Shown here: positions 29,418 through 38,516 of the stretch, piece by piece
Numbering within the stretch: position 1 is the stretch's first letter
Layout of the letters: every line of letters begins with the position of its first letter
Source of the DNA: a virus
Taxonomy: Duplodnaviria > Caudoviricetes
Virus record (IMG/VR): IMGVR_UViG_3300027887_000012
Span: 397-64,396 of that record
Direction: 5' to 3' (one strand)
Length of the DNA stretch: 64,000 bases
The notes under the pieces: generated by a model
Told to the model about the DNA's origin: nothing
The model's input: only the letters and a program-made list of their open reading frames with translations
Databases searched by the model: none
Made by a program: the position numbers and the translations under genes

Positions 29418-29711
29418 ATGAACCAGTATATCATTACCGAGAAAGAAATACAAATGTGGGAAAACGACCTTGATTCAATAGATGAGGAATGGGGATTGGG
29501 GCGTGGGCGTGGTACAGATTATCATACTATTCAACAAACTAAAATAATTAATAAGATACGTTCCCATCCCTACCAGATCGAGCGGGATAAGGTGCTGGAT
29601 GAAGTGTTGAAGAAGATTGATTGGAGATTTAACGATACAGAACGTGGTAGAAGAGTTATTGAAGTTTGCAAAGGAATTATCGAAGAACTTAAGCAGGCAA
29701 GTGATCGGTGA
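29418..29711 (+). CDS. modular small protein, array unit 3
   Basis: MNQY / SHPYQIERDKVLDE / ELKQA. Confidence 0.75.
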   Translation: MNQYIITEKEIQMWENDLDSIDEEWGLGRGRGTDYHTIQQTKIINKIRSHPYQIERDKVLDEVLKKIDWRFNDTERGRRVIEVCKGIIEELKQASDR

Positions 29712-30025
29712 TGAACCAGTATCGCTGTGAAACATGCAGGAAAAAATGTAGAATAACCGTGATAGATGCGGAGGATGGTAAATCAATATCTTTCAACCCA
29801 CAAGATCCTTTTGAAAAAACACTATGGTTTGTTCAGGGCATATCGCAAGTTGGTTGTGCCAGTCACAGTGACTTCCAGAGCGAGCGGGAGATGGTGCTGA
29901 ATGAACTTCAATATAAACTACGTAGAAAAATGCAGTGTGCGCCCTCTCAACACACTATGATTCTCGATATGAAGGATGTTGATGCGATATTTATAGAACT
30001 CCGACAGGCAGGTGACGTATCGTGA
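29711..30025 (+). CDS. modular small protein, array unit 4
   Basis: MNQYRCETC / GCASHSDFQSERE.VL.E / ELRQAG. Confidence 0.75.
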   Translation: MNQYRCETCRKKCRITVIDAEDGKSISFNPQDPFEKTLWFVQGISQVGCASHSDFQSEREMVLNELQYKLRRKMQCAPSQHTMILDMKDVDAIFIELRQAGDVS

Positions 30026-30341
30026 TCGCGTGTTATTTCCTGCACGGGTCAGATTATAAATGTCTATTAAGAAACATCGAACCAAAAATGCGGTGTCCTG
30101 ACAGAACAAAAAACGACAATTGTAGATTGGTAAACAGATTAGTAAAGATTGATAAAAAAGTCGGAGGGGGTGGTATATGAGGTAAAAGGTAAAGTCGCAT
30201 TGTTTCTCTCATCATGACGTTTTCCTGTCCATAATAATCATCCCAAACAGCTCACTGTGGTTCATGACCACCGCTCAGCTTGGCGATAAAGTGTTTGGGA
30301 TAACAATACTTTTATAAATATCAAGAGTGTAATACTAAAAC

Positions 30342-30557
30342 ATGAAATACACAACCTCGGTAAAGGATTCGGTTGAGTTGGAAGTAAGTACTGAAAGTGA
30401 TGGGAGCGGGCTTGTTTCTGTCAACGGTATAGAAATCCTGCGATTGACAACTGGTGGTAAACTCGCACGCATCATTCATGATACATCTGTCGTGCAGTCA
30501 AAACTCAAAAGAATTGGAATACAGGTTGATAAATGCGGTTCAATTGAGATGGTGTAA
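30342..30557 (+). CDS. hypothetical protein
   Basis: ORF track; TATA-like element upstream. Confidence 0.5.
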   Translation: MKYTTSVKDSVELEVSTESDGSGLVSVNGIEILRLTTGGKLARIIHDTSVVQSKLKRIGIQVDKCGSIEMV

Positions 30558-30559
30558 TC

Positions 30560-31129
30560 ATGTCAAACAAAAATGTATTCTTAATCCTTGCAGTAATCTT
30601 CACGATCTTATGTGTAGGTTGTTTTCTCGGTGCGTGGTGGACTGATATGACCACGGTCAGTTACAATTACAGAAACACGGTTCACAGTCACATGGAGAAC
30701 GCATACTATTCTTCAGACCCAACCACAATGAAAACAGAATTGTATCTTGCAATTCAGGGAATGCACGATCTCAACCTGAATGACAATATGTATGGTGTCT
30801 GGTTACCATGGAACAAAGTGCCTAACAATCAAATGAAATGGCAATACACTCATATGAACAGTGTATTGACCAGAGTTGACGAATGGCAGAAATGGGAGAT
30901 ATCACAATCGAATACTGGGTCACAACAGATGCAGGACGTTAACACGCAGAAACTTGATAATGTAAGGCACTTCATCAAGGATGACGGCGGTTGGTCAGAT
31001 GATATTGCGCAAGGTGCATACGTGATTAACTATTATTTCTATCTGATCATGATGGAAATGATGGGATTCGTGTTCCTTGTCCTTGCAGTAATCTTTGTGT
31101 TGGGGTGGATGTTCTCAAACGAATATTAA
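30560..31129 (+). CDS. membrane protein with two terminal TM helices
   Basis: Hydrophobic N- and C-termini flanking a soluble loop. Confidence 0.7.
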   Translation: MSNKNVFLILAVIFTILCVGCFLGAWWTDMTTVSYNYRNTVHSHMENAYYSSDPTTMKTELYLAIQGMHDLNLNDNMYGVWLPWNKVPNNQMKWQYTHMNSVLTRVDEWQKWEISQSNTGSQQMQDVNTQKLDNVRHFIKDDGGWSDDIAQGAYVINYYFYLIMMEMMGFVFLVLAVIFVLGWMFSNEY

Positions 31130-31166
31130 ACAAATATTAATATACTTTAACGTAGTATAATCATCT

Positions 31167-31275
31167 GGGGCAAGCGTTAATACAGTAAAACATCTTCAAG
31201 AAAGAATCAACGAAACGCGCGATAGGTCGGTAGAATCTCTTGAAGAAGAAGTGGGTTAAAATCCCACCTGCCTCG
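31167..31275 (+). ncRNA. tRNA-like RNA lacking a normal anticodon loop
   Basis: Acceptor GGGGCA/TGCCTC, D stem GTT/AAC, T arm GTGGG-TTAAAAT-CCCAC, extended TCTTCAAGA/TCTTGAAGA stem around a long insert. Confidence 0.5.
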
Positions 31276-31280
31276 GATTT

Positions 31281-31373
31281 GTCGGTGAAGTATCTGTTGG
31301 TTCGATACGCGGAGCCTGTAATGTGTAAACACAGGTAACTCCGAGGTCGCATGTTCAATTCATGCCTCCGACT
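31281..31373 (+). tRNA. tRNA-Thr(UGU) with 17-nt canonical BHB intron (31321-31337)
   Basis: Cloverleaf GTCGGTG/CTCCGAC, GTAT/ATAC, CGGAG/CTCCG, GCATG-TTCAATT-CATGC; CCTG/CAGG central helix with two 3-nt bulges. Confidence 0.75.
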
Positions 31374-31393
31374 TGGCAGTTTAAACCCAGATA

Positions 31394-31463
31394 AAAAACG
31401 GTAACGATTCGGCGTAATAACTGAATCGGGTGCGTGGGTGCCGTGTGTTCCCGAAACCGTTTC
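31394..31463 (+). ncRNA. structured three-way-junction RNA candidate between tRNAs
   Basis: aaacggt/accgttt closing stem, gattcgg/ctgaatc hairpin, ggg.../...ccc hairpin. Confidence 0.4.
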
Positions 31464-31474
31464 TGCACCTTTTT

Positions 31475-31547
31475 ACTCCCGTAGTGTAGTAGTCAATCAC
31501 ATCGGGATTTGGACCCGAAAACATCAGTGCAAATCTGTTCGGGAGTA
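31475..31547 (+). tRNA. tRNA-Gln(UUG)
   Basis: ACTCCCG/CGGGAGT acceptor (archaeal A1-U72), TCGGG-ATTTGGA-CCCGA anticodon arm, TGCAAAT T-loop. Confidence 0.85.
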
Positions 31548-31606
31548 TTATCAATTATATTTAAATATTACTAATCTCTAATCAGTATATCACTGGTGGT
31601 TCTTTT

Positions 31607-32122
31607 TTGAAGAAGGTAAAAAGGGTTGAAAAGAAGGCGGTCGGTCGCATTTCAAAATACGAACCGAAAATACATGATAATCTTGCAAAATGGTTAGCGC
31701 GCGATGGATACAATAACGAACAGATTGCCGCGCGATTTGAAATTAATCCTTCTACCCTTCAGCGATGGATAAAAGAGTATCCTAATTTGAAAGAGTGTTT
31801 AAGGAAGGGTAAAGAAGAAGTCAGATATGAAGTGGAAGACACATTGATAAAACGCGCGATGGGATACGATTATTCAAAAGAAGAAATCGAAGTGCATGAT
31901 GACGGGTTCCAGAAGAAGAAGATTACCAGTATGCATGTGGCAGGAGATGTAAACGCAATTATCTTCTACCTGCGAACACAATGGAAAGAGAAATATGGTG
32001 ATCAACTGGTTGACCTGACAAAACAATTCGGTGAGGCAGCCGCGATGACTGCGAAACTGGAAGAACTTGCAATCCTTGAAAAACAGGCGCGTGACTTGAA
32101 TGTTGGGACCACCTCTGGGTAA
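31607..32122 (+). CDS. terS: terminase small subunit
   Basis: GRISKYEP, HTH (GYNNEQIAARFEINPSTLQRW), EDTLIKRAMGY, AIIFYLR; upstream of terL. Confidence 0.85.
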   Translation: MKKVKRVEKKAVGRISKYEPKIHDNLAKWLARDGYNNEQIAARFEINPSTLQRWIKEYPNLKECLRKGKEEVRYEVEDTLIKRAMGYDYSKEEIEVHDDGFQKKKITSMHVAGDVNAIIFYLRTQWKEKYGDQLVDLTKQFGEAAAMTAKLEELAILEKQARDLNVGTTSG

Positions 32123-33326
32123 GGCGTTAATCTCATATGTAGATTCAACCGCGCGTATGAATCTATGGGAAGGCAGTGTATCATCGGGAAAAACAATTAC
32201 GGTAGATTATCGATGGGAACGATTCGTAAGAGAATATCCTGATCCTTCAGCGAACTTCTTATTGGTAGGTAAGACAGAACGCACACTTAAACGCAACGTG
32301 ATTGACCCATTAATCGAGATGTTCGGGCCCGCGGTTATCAATACAACAGGCATGGTAGGTCGCCGGGAAATCAAAATCTGGGGTAAGAGGTGTTATCTCG
32401 TAGGCGCGAACGATGCAAAGGCGGAAAGTAAAATACGTGGGTTGACTCTTGCAGGTGCATATTGCGATGAAATGACCTTATACCCAGAAGATTTCTTCCA
32501 GATGTTAATCACGCGTTTAAGAGAACCGGGCGCGAAACTGTTTGGTACAACGAACCCAGATAATCCTAATCATTGGTTGAAGGTCAACTATATCGATAAG
32601 AAGAATCCTGATACCAAAGTATTCAAACTGACCATTGACGATAACCCATATCTTGATCAGGCATACGTCAAACATATCAAATCAACGTTTACAGGACTCT
32701 ATTACCGCAGATATATTCTTGGTGAATGGTGTTTGGCTGAAGGTGCAATCTATGATATGTTTGATGAAAAGGTGCATGTAGTGAGTAACGCACCGTTCCC
32801 ACTTGATTCAAGAACGAAATGGTATGTCGGCATCGACTATGGAACGAACAACCCCACATCATTTCTTATGATTGGCATTAATAATGGGATTGCATATTGT
32901 GTAAAGGAATACTATTTTGACTCGTTAAAGGCGAAACGACAGAAAACAGATGAAGAATATAGTCAGGATTTAAAAACATTTATAGGAAGTCAAAAGATTT
33001 ATCAAATCATTATCGACCCCAGTGCCGCGTCATTTAAATTACTTCTTAAAAGACAAGGATATTTTGTTAGAGATGCCGATCATGAGGTTATCAATGGCAT
33101 ACGCACTGTGGGAACTTTATTGGGTACAAGAAAGTATTATATAAATCATGCGTGTAATAATCACATATCAGAATTCAGTGGATATGTGTGGGATGAAAAA
33201 AGTGTTGAACGTGGTGAAGATAAACCCAAAAAGGAAAATGATCACACGTTGGATGCATGTAGATATGTCCTGCACACCGTTCTTGGGAGCGGTCACGGAA
33301 TGAAGGTGATTAGGAGTATAACATGA
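32100..33326 (+). CDS. terL: terminase large subunit (PBSX-like)
   Basis: EGSVSSGKT Walker A, AYCDEMT Walker B, TTNPDNPNHW, IDYGTNNP, NDHTLDACRY nuclease motifs. Confidence 0.95.
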   Translation: MLGPPLGKALISYVDSTARMNLWEGSVSSGKTITVDYRWERFVREYPDPSANFLLVGKTERTLKRNVIDPLIEMFGPAVINTTGMVGRREIKIWGKRCYLVGANDAKAESKIRGLTLAGAYCDEMTLYPEDFFQMLITRLREPGAKLFGTTNPDNPNHWLKVNYIDKKNPDTKVFKLTIDDNPYLDQAYVKHIKSTFTGLYYRRYILGEWCLAEGAIYDMFDEKVHVVSNAPFPLDSRTKWYVGIDYGTNNPTSFLMIGINNGIAYCVKEYYFDSLKAKRQKTDEEYSQDLKTFIGSQKIYQIIIDPSAASFKLLLKRQGYFVRDADHEVINGIRTVGTLLGTRKYYINHACNNHISEFSGYVWDEKSVERGEDKPKKENDHTLDACRYVLHTVLGSGHGMKVIRSIT

Positions 33327-33409
33327 AATGTAATAAATGTGGTTACGAATCCAGTGAACGATTTGCGTTTGATGAACATCATATCGATGGGAATGATGGT
33401 GGGTTATGA
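33323..33409 (+). pseudogene. truncated HNH endonuclease remnant
   Basis: MKCNKCGYESSERFAFDEHHIDGNDGGL then stop; CxxC...HHIDGN present but second half of HNH missing. Confidence 0.4.
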
Positions 33410-33853
33410 GATTACTTGGTGATTTGGCAACCATCTGTTTTATCCTTGCGACGATCCTATGTGCAATCGTGATCGCGGTTCTCTATTACGGTGCAATCAT
33501 ATACGTGATCCTCTGGTTACTGCATCATTTCGGAGTGATTTAAATGAAAGGAATGTATCCAAGTGTTGTAAGAACTTTATTTCTTGCATTACTACTGATC
33601 ATAATAACCATCATAATAATGGCAGGACTGTTGTATTGGGTGTTGATGTATCTATGAACAAATATCAACAGGCACTTGACGCGATCATCCCCAAATATGT
33701 TAAAATGTTGCAACTCTTAAAAGACATGGAATGGTCAGGACTGCATACCGACTATGAAGATTCTTGGGCGGTCATGACGCGCGCGTGCCCGGTATGTATG
33801 AATGATAAAAGAGATGGGCATAAACCCACATGCAGATTAAAGGAGTTGATTAC

Positions 33854-34900
33854 ATGATCGTACCATTCATGCGCCCACGATTCTGGGGCAATGATATCGA
33901 TGTGGTGCAGGATATCATGACCGAAGGCAGGAACATATCATCGGGACCCGAACGCGATAAGTTTGAAATGATGTTTGAAGATTACATCCATTGCGATCAC
34001 GCACTCGCGGTATGCAACGGAACTGTTGCCCTTGAAATGATTTGGGAAACACTGATACGCGACAAGAAACTACATAAAGGTGATTATGTAATCTGCCCAT
34101 CGTTTACGTTCGTGGCAGTGGCAAATGCGATTGTCAATGCAGGACTCAAACCGTTCTTTGTTGATGTAAAAAGTCATGGATATAATATGGAGATACCGCA
34201 GAACATTACTCTCAAAGGTAAACTTGGGGCAGTCTGCGCGGTTCACACTTATGGAAAACCATGCGATTTAAGCGAGATTGTGAACTATTGTGACGATCAC
34301 GACCTCATCTTGGTTGAAGACTGCGCAGAGGCATGTGGTGCCGATTACAACGGGAAAAAAGTAGGTTGTTTCGGTCACGCATCCGCGTTTTCATTCAATG
34401 CAACAAAGAACCTGACAACGGGAGAAGGCGGTATGGCATGTTTCAATTACGATACAGGAACACCGCAGGCAATCAGAGAACACGGTGACTTATATCATAC
34501 TCGCAATGCGTTAGTGGTTGGGCATAACTATCGGTTATGTAATATCTTATGCGCGCTTGGGTTATCGCAACTTGAATCTCTTGATGTAAGGAACGCACTG
34601 CGCAGGATCAAGGCACAAAAGTATATGGACAACTTCTATAACAAGAAAGTTGCACCCGGGCACGTTTATCAATTGTTCCCGATTGTGGTGAACGATCGCG
34701 ATCGTATCCTCAAACATCTATGGGATAATGGGATTGAGGCAAAGAAGTATTTTGACCCACCAATTCATCATCAGACCGCGCACAGAACAGAGAAATACCT
34801 GCCAAATACCAATTACGTGGCAGAACATGTCATCTGTTTGCCGTTCGATGAACACATCACTGATGACGAAATCAAATGGGTGTGCGAATGCCTGAAATGA
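33854..34900 (+). CDS. DegT/DnrJ/EryC1/StrS sugar aminotransferase (LegC/PseC-like)
   Basis: AVCNGTVAL, PSFTFVA, VEDCAEA, SFNATKNLTTGEGG (PLP Lys). Confidence 0.92.
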   Translation: MIVPFMRPRFWGNDIDVVQDIMTEGRNISSGPERDKFEMMFEDYIHCDHALAVCNGTVALEMIWETLIRDKKLHKGDYVICPSFTFVAVANAIVNAGLKPFFVDVKSHGYNMEIPQNITLKGKLGAVCAVHTYGKPCDLSEIVNYCDDHDLILVEDCAEACGADYNGKKVGCFGHASAFSFNATKNLTTGEGGMACFNYDTGTPQAIREHGDLYHTRNALVVGHNYRLCNILCALGLSQLESLDVRNALRRIKAQKYMDNFYNKKVAPGHVYQLFPIVVNDRDRILKHLWDNGIEAKKYFDPPIHHQTAHRTEKYLPNTNYVAEHVICLPFDEHITDDEIKWVCECLK

Positions 34901-35286
34901 ACGATAAAGGTGAATGTGATTATATATTTATAATCATGATGGTTGCAGTATTCGGAATATTCCTTACAATAATGGTGGGAGGTTCCATACCGATTGATCC
35001 TTATACAATTCAGATCAAAAGTCTTAACGATGGTTCACAAATCAGCGGGCATTTCACACTCGGCTCTGGATATATTAAACAAGACCCAGTGTTTATTGTC
35101 TATGAACGATTGCAAAACGAGGGGTATGTCTTAAAGACACTTCCCGCAGACGATACGATAATTTATGAAGATAACCCATCGATTCCTTATATTCGTGTAT
35201 CGGGGTGCGCGTTTAAACTGGAATATGAAATTCATGTGCCATCCGAGTCAATCATTCAACAATATGCACTGGACGGGAAGTTATAA
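34897..35286 (+). CDS. membrane-anchored hypothetical protein
   Basis: N-terminal TM; GHFTLGSG motif. Confidence 0.6.
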   Translation: MNDKGECDYIFIIMMVAVFGIFLTIMVGGSIPIDPYTIQIKSLNDGSQISGHFTLGSGYIKQDPVFIVYERLQNEGYVLKTLPADDTIIYEDNPSIPYIRVSGCAFKLEYEIHVPSESIIQQYALDGKL

Positions 35287-36014
35287 TGCCCGAAATGAGC
35301 GATTTCTTTCAACAGTGTATTATAGGCGATTGTGTTGAATCTCTTGCGGTATTCCCAAACGAATACGCGCATCAAATCATTACAGTACCCCCTTCAGGAG
35401 ATAGTTGGTCGTATCAGGGATATGATGTAACTATGGGTGAGAAATCAGAATACGATTTCCCACTTCTGGTAAAAGAAATGTATCGTGTATTAGTCAACGG
35501 TGGGGTATTATGTTGGAACGTAGGTGAATCGTGGCATACCGAACCAGATAAAACGAAGTATGAAAACAACGCGCCTGCACGACAATTACTTCAGTTCAAA
35601 AAAGAGGGGTTTTTCTGCCACGCCACAATCGTTGTGAATAAACGCGTGCGCACTGACCCAAATTACCCAGAGGGGTTTGAATATGTGTTCTGCATGTCAA
35701 AAGGAACACCGCGCGTATTCAATCGACAAAATACATCTAAAATCTGGTCGGGACCCAGTAGGATTGAAGAAGATTTAATGTATTCGATTGATAATCATCA
35801 CACGCACGTATCCGCAATGCATCAATCACCAACGCGCATATGGTTGATCAAGGATTTAATGTTGACCTACACAAACGAGAACGATATTGTTATTGACCCG
35901 TTCTTGGGGAGTGGTACTACTTTGCAGGTCGCGCGTGCATTAAAGAGGAACGCGATAGGGATTGAGAAGAATGAAAACTATGCAGGACTTTATCAAATGG
36001 AGATAGATGTATGA
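35286..36014 (+). CDS. N4/N6 DNA methyltransferase-like protein with degenerate catalytic motif
   Basis: IIGDC, IITVPPS in place of (D/S)PPY, VIDPFLGSGTT, AIGIE. Confidence 0.75.
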   Translation: MPEMSDFFQQCIIGDCVESLAVFPNEYAHQIITVPPSGDSWSYQGYDVTMGEKSEYDFPLLVKEMYRVLVNGGVLCWNVGESWHTEPDKTKYENNAPARQLLQFKKEGFFCHATIVVNKRVRTDPNYPEGFEYVFCMSKGTPRVFNRQNTSKIWSGPSRIEEDLMYSIDNHHTHVSAMHQSPTRIWLIKDLMLTYTNENDIVIDPFLGSGTTLQVARALKRNAIGIEKNENYAGLYQMEIDV

Positions 36015-36682
36015 CTTACATAATTGCAGATGCGTGCGTCAACTGGAGAAACCTACAAGAAGCTGATGCACTGATTGAAGGATGCGCGGAGGCAGGTGTT
36101 AACGCTGTTAAGTTTCAGGCGTTCTTACCAGAACGGACTATGCCAAAGGAACTTATTGCAATCACTCTGAATCAAGAAAAAATTGCATATCTCTATTATC
36201 GTTGTCTGCATCACGGTGTAGATTTCCTCTGCACACCTATGTATCCAGAGGCGGTTGATATGATTGCACCTTACGTTAAACTTTGGAAAGTAAGGTTCAA
36301 AGATCATGACAACCTTGATATACTACAAAAGATATACGCTCTCAATCAAAACATCTTAATATCCACTGATAAAGTTGGCACACATCCCAACGCGTTCTAT
36401 CTTTTTTGTGTTCCCGAATACCCGCCAAAGGCAATTCCTGATTTGAGTTGTTTTACTGAATTCGATGGGTATTCATGTCACATCCCGATAGTTAATCATG
36501 TGGTGTTAGCGAACAAACTGCACAACTTCAAATATATCGAAGTACACGCGATGTTGGACTGGTACGATTACGAACCACTTGACCAAAAAGTATCGTTCAC
36601 GATACGCGATTTGGAACAACTGGTCGATCGCATACAGGCACATGACGGAGGACTTCTCAACGATGATAAAAATTGGGTATGA
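36011..36682 (+). CDS. neuB: nonulosonate synthase (NeuB/PseI/LegI family), no SAF domain
   Basis: AGVNAVKFQ, DFLCTP, GYSCH, IEVH...DQKVSF. Confidence 0.8.
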   Translation: MTYIIADACVNWRNLQEADALIEGCAEAGVNAVKFQAFLPERTMPKELIAITLNQEKIAYLYYRCLHHGVDFLCTPMYPEAVDMIAPYVKLWKVRFKDHDNLDILQKIYALNQNILISTDKVGTHPNAFYLFCVPEYPPKAIPDLSCFTEFDGYSCHIPIVNHVVLANKLHNFKYIEVHAMLDWYDYEPLDQKVSFTIRDLEQLVDRIQAHDGGLLNDDKNWV

Positions 36683-37187
36683 GGCGATCAGGTGAAATGG
36701 ATGAAAAAGAGGAGTGTAAAGAAAAGGTCTTCCTTGACCTGATAGAAATCGGACAAATCTATCAAGATATGGGTGACCCAAACGCGCAGGCAGTCCTTAT
36801 CTTTGGTGGTCGCGCATATTGTATTGATATCAACCTATTAACAAATCGTTTACTCAAATACGATACGGAAACCCTTGAAGTAACCGAAATGCGGAGGTAT
36901 TAATGGCAGAATACTGTAATTATTGTGTTGAAGATGAAATGCGCACGCCGATTGAGGAAAGACCCGGTGTTTGGGAAGTGGTCCCGTATTTCTATTGCCA
37001 GCTTGAAGAAGATTTTAACCTGCAATGCCCATATCCTGCAAGAGTATGTGGGTATAAAGATCAAAGAGAAGAATTCACCAATTCTATCATGAAAATCGCA
37101 AAAGACGCATTGGACGAGTGAATCCGACGCAACCTTTATATCCATTGCGATAATAAAGAGTATTTAAAGACATTTTATAGGTGACGA

Positions 37188-38036
37188 ATGGCGAGTAAAA
37201 TATCTGATAAACAACGAAATGCACGCAGAAATATTGACAAGAAACATTTTGATGATAAAAAGTGGCGAGATACACATCCGCCGCGCGTTCGTGACAACGT
37301 TTCTTATTCTGCCGAGTTGGATGAACGCAGAAATCCTCTTGATATATCCTGTAATAACGCACTAATCACCAGTGATTTTCATTTACCCTTTGTCGATTGG
37401 GAACTATTCAAAAACATGGTGACTGTTGGTAAACAGTATGGTATCGACTCTCTTTTTATTTCTGGTGATATGTGGGATTGCGACAACTATACAAAGTTCA
37501 CGCGATTAACCCCAATGGAGGCATTTGAAGAAGAAGTCGAATCGGTCAGATTCCACTTAAAAATTCTCATGCAGGAGTTCAAGGACATTTATATCTGCCG
37601 AGGCAATCACGAAAAGAGATGGATTGATATGAACGCTGGCAGGATGGGTATGAAAGAACTGTTTAAACTCGCAATACCCGGTAACTATTCTGAAGATTAT
37701 TTTAACGATCATGTGCATATCACGATGGACGATCATATGCATTTAAATCAAGGAGATAATTGTTGGTTATTGTGTCACCCAAAGAACTTCAGGATCATTA
37801 ACCTGTCAGTAGTGCGTGATCTTGCGGCGAAATATCATTGCAACGTAATAGGCGCACACGGTCATCAAATGTGTCAAGGTTGGGATAAATCAGGATGGTA
37901 CCGCATCTGTGATGGTGGAGGACTGTTCGATAAAAACGCGTTGGAATACCTGCGTGATACCAATTGTTATCCTGAAACAAGAAGTGGGTTTTATACACTG
38001 ATTGATAACAGAATACTGCCCTATGAGGGTAAGTAA
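37188..38036 (+). CDS. calcineurin-like metallophosphoesterase
   Basis: SDFHLP, GDMWD, GNHE, AHGH. Confidence 0.88.
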   Translation: MASKISDKQRNARRNIDKKHFDDKKWRDTHPPRVRDNVSYSAELDERRNPLDISCNNALITSDFHLPFVDWELFKNMVTVGKQYGIDSLFISGDMWDCDNYTKFTRLTPMEAFEEEVESVRFHLKILMQEFKDIYICRGNHEKRWIDMNAGRMGMKELFKLAIPGNYSEDYFNDHVHITMDDHMHLNQGDNCWLLCHPKNFRIINLSVVRDLAAKYHCNVIGAHGHQMCQGWDKSGWYRICDGGGLFDKNALEYLRDTNCYPETRSGFYTLIDNRILPYEGK

Positions 38037-38111
38037 CTCTCTTTTAAATAAATCTTTAAATAGTATCACATAGTAATTTATAAATACTATGATTGATGTT
38101 GTCAAACGCAG

Positions 38112-38198
38112 GCGCGGTAGTTGTGCATACAGGCGGCGATATTTTAACTGCCTTGCATGGTGGATTGGATGTTACGATCATTCAAGTATGCGCGCGCG
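38112..38198 (+). ncRNA. structured RNA candidate
   Basis: gtgcatac/gtatgcgc closing stem, aggcgg/ctgcct hairpin, second imperfect hairpin; TTTATAAAT at ~38077. Confidence 0.35.
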
Positions 38199-38210
38199 TT
38201 ACGGTGAACA

Positions 38211-38516
38211 ATGAAATGGAATCACATTATCATTGAAGGATATTGCGCCCGCCTCTGGAAGTATCGTTCAAAAAATTCAAAATGGGTATATCGATATGTG
38301 CCCGATACAGAATCGTTTAAGACGGTAAAAGAACCAAACCCGCATTACGACCCGAATGTAAAAAAACCTCAACGACCAAAGTTTTGTAAGAAACGTATCT
38401 GTATCAATTGCATTAAATGTAAATACCTTGCGATTTCCAGTGTTGAGGATGAACTAAAAAGACGGTTCAATAAAATGTATCGTGAATATTGTGGTGAAAC
38501 GGAGGATGAAGATTGA
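38211..38516 (+). CDS. hypothetical protein
   Basis: ORF track. Confidence 0.55.
   Translation: MKWNHIIIEGYCARLWKYRSKNSKWVYRYVPDTESFKTVKEPNPHYDPNVKKPQRPKFCKKRICINCIKCKYLAISSVEDELKRRFNKMYREYCGETEDED

Larger units (their letters stand above)
28903..29889 (+). repeat. dispersed conserved DNA blocks within the four-unit array
   Basis: 38-nt identity between 28903-28940 and 29852-29889; partial copies at 29244-29273 and 29573-29603; 22-nt ccggcagcaggcaggtgagcag at two unit junctions. Confidence 0.9.

Noticed and set aside
28903-29889. CRISPR or mini-CRISPR array
   Set aside because: The repeats are in frame inside coding ORFs, irregularly spaced and conserved as peptides.
30305-30340. Extra members of the TTGTAATAC promoter class (also ~9617, ~15930, ~45702)
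   Set aside because: Motif variants (GTGTAATA, CAGTAATAC) with inconsistent TATA spacing (16-22); left out of the strict set.
31310-31343. Reading the intron tRNA as Tyr(GUA)
   Set aside because: It would need a C-A mismatch in the anticodon stem and a poorer BHB; G1-C72 and U73 fit Thr better.
31394-31463. Hammerhead ribozyme (GUA site and GAAAC present)
   Set aside because: The core reads CTGAATC, not CUGANGA, and is paired in a stem.
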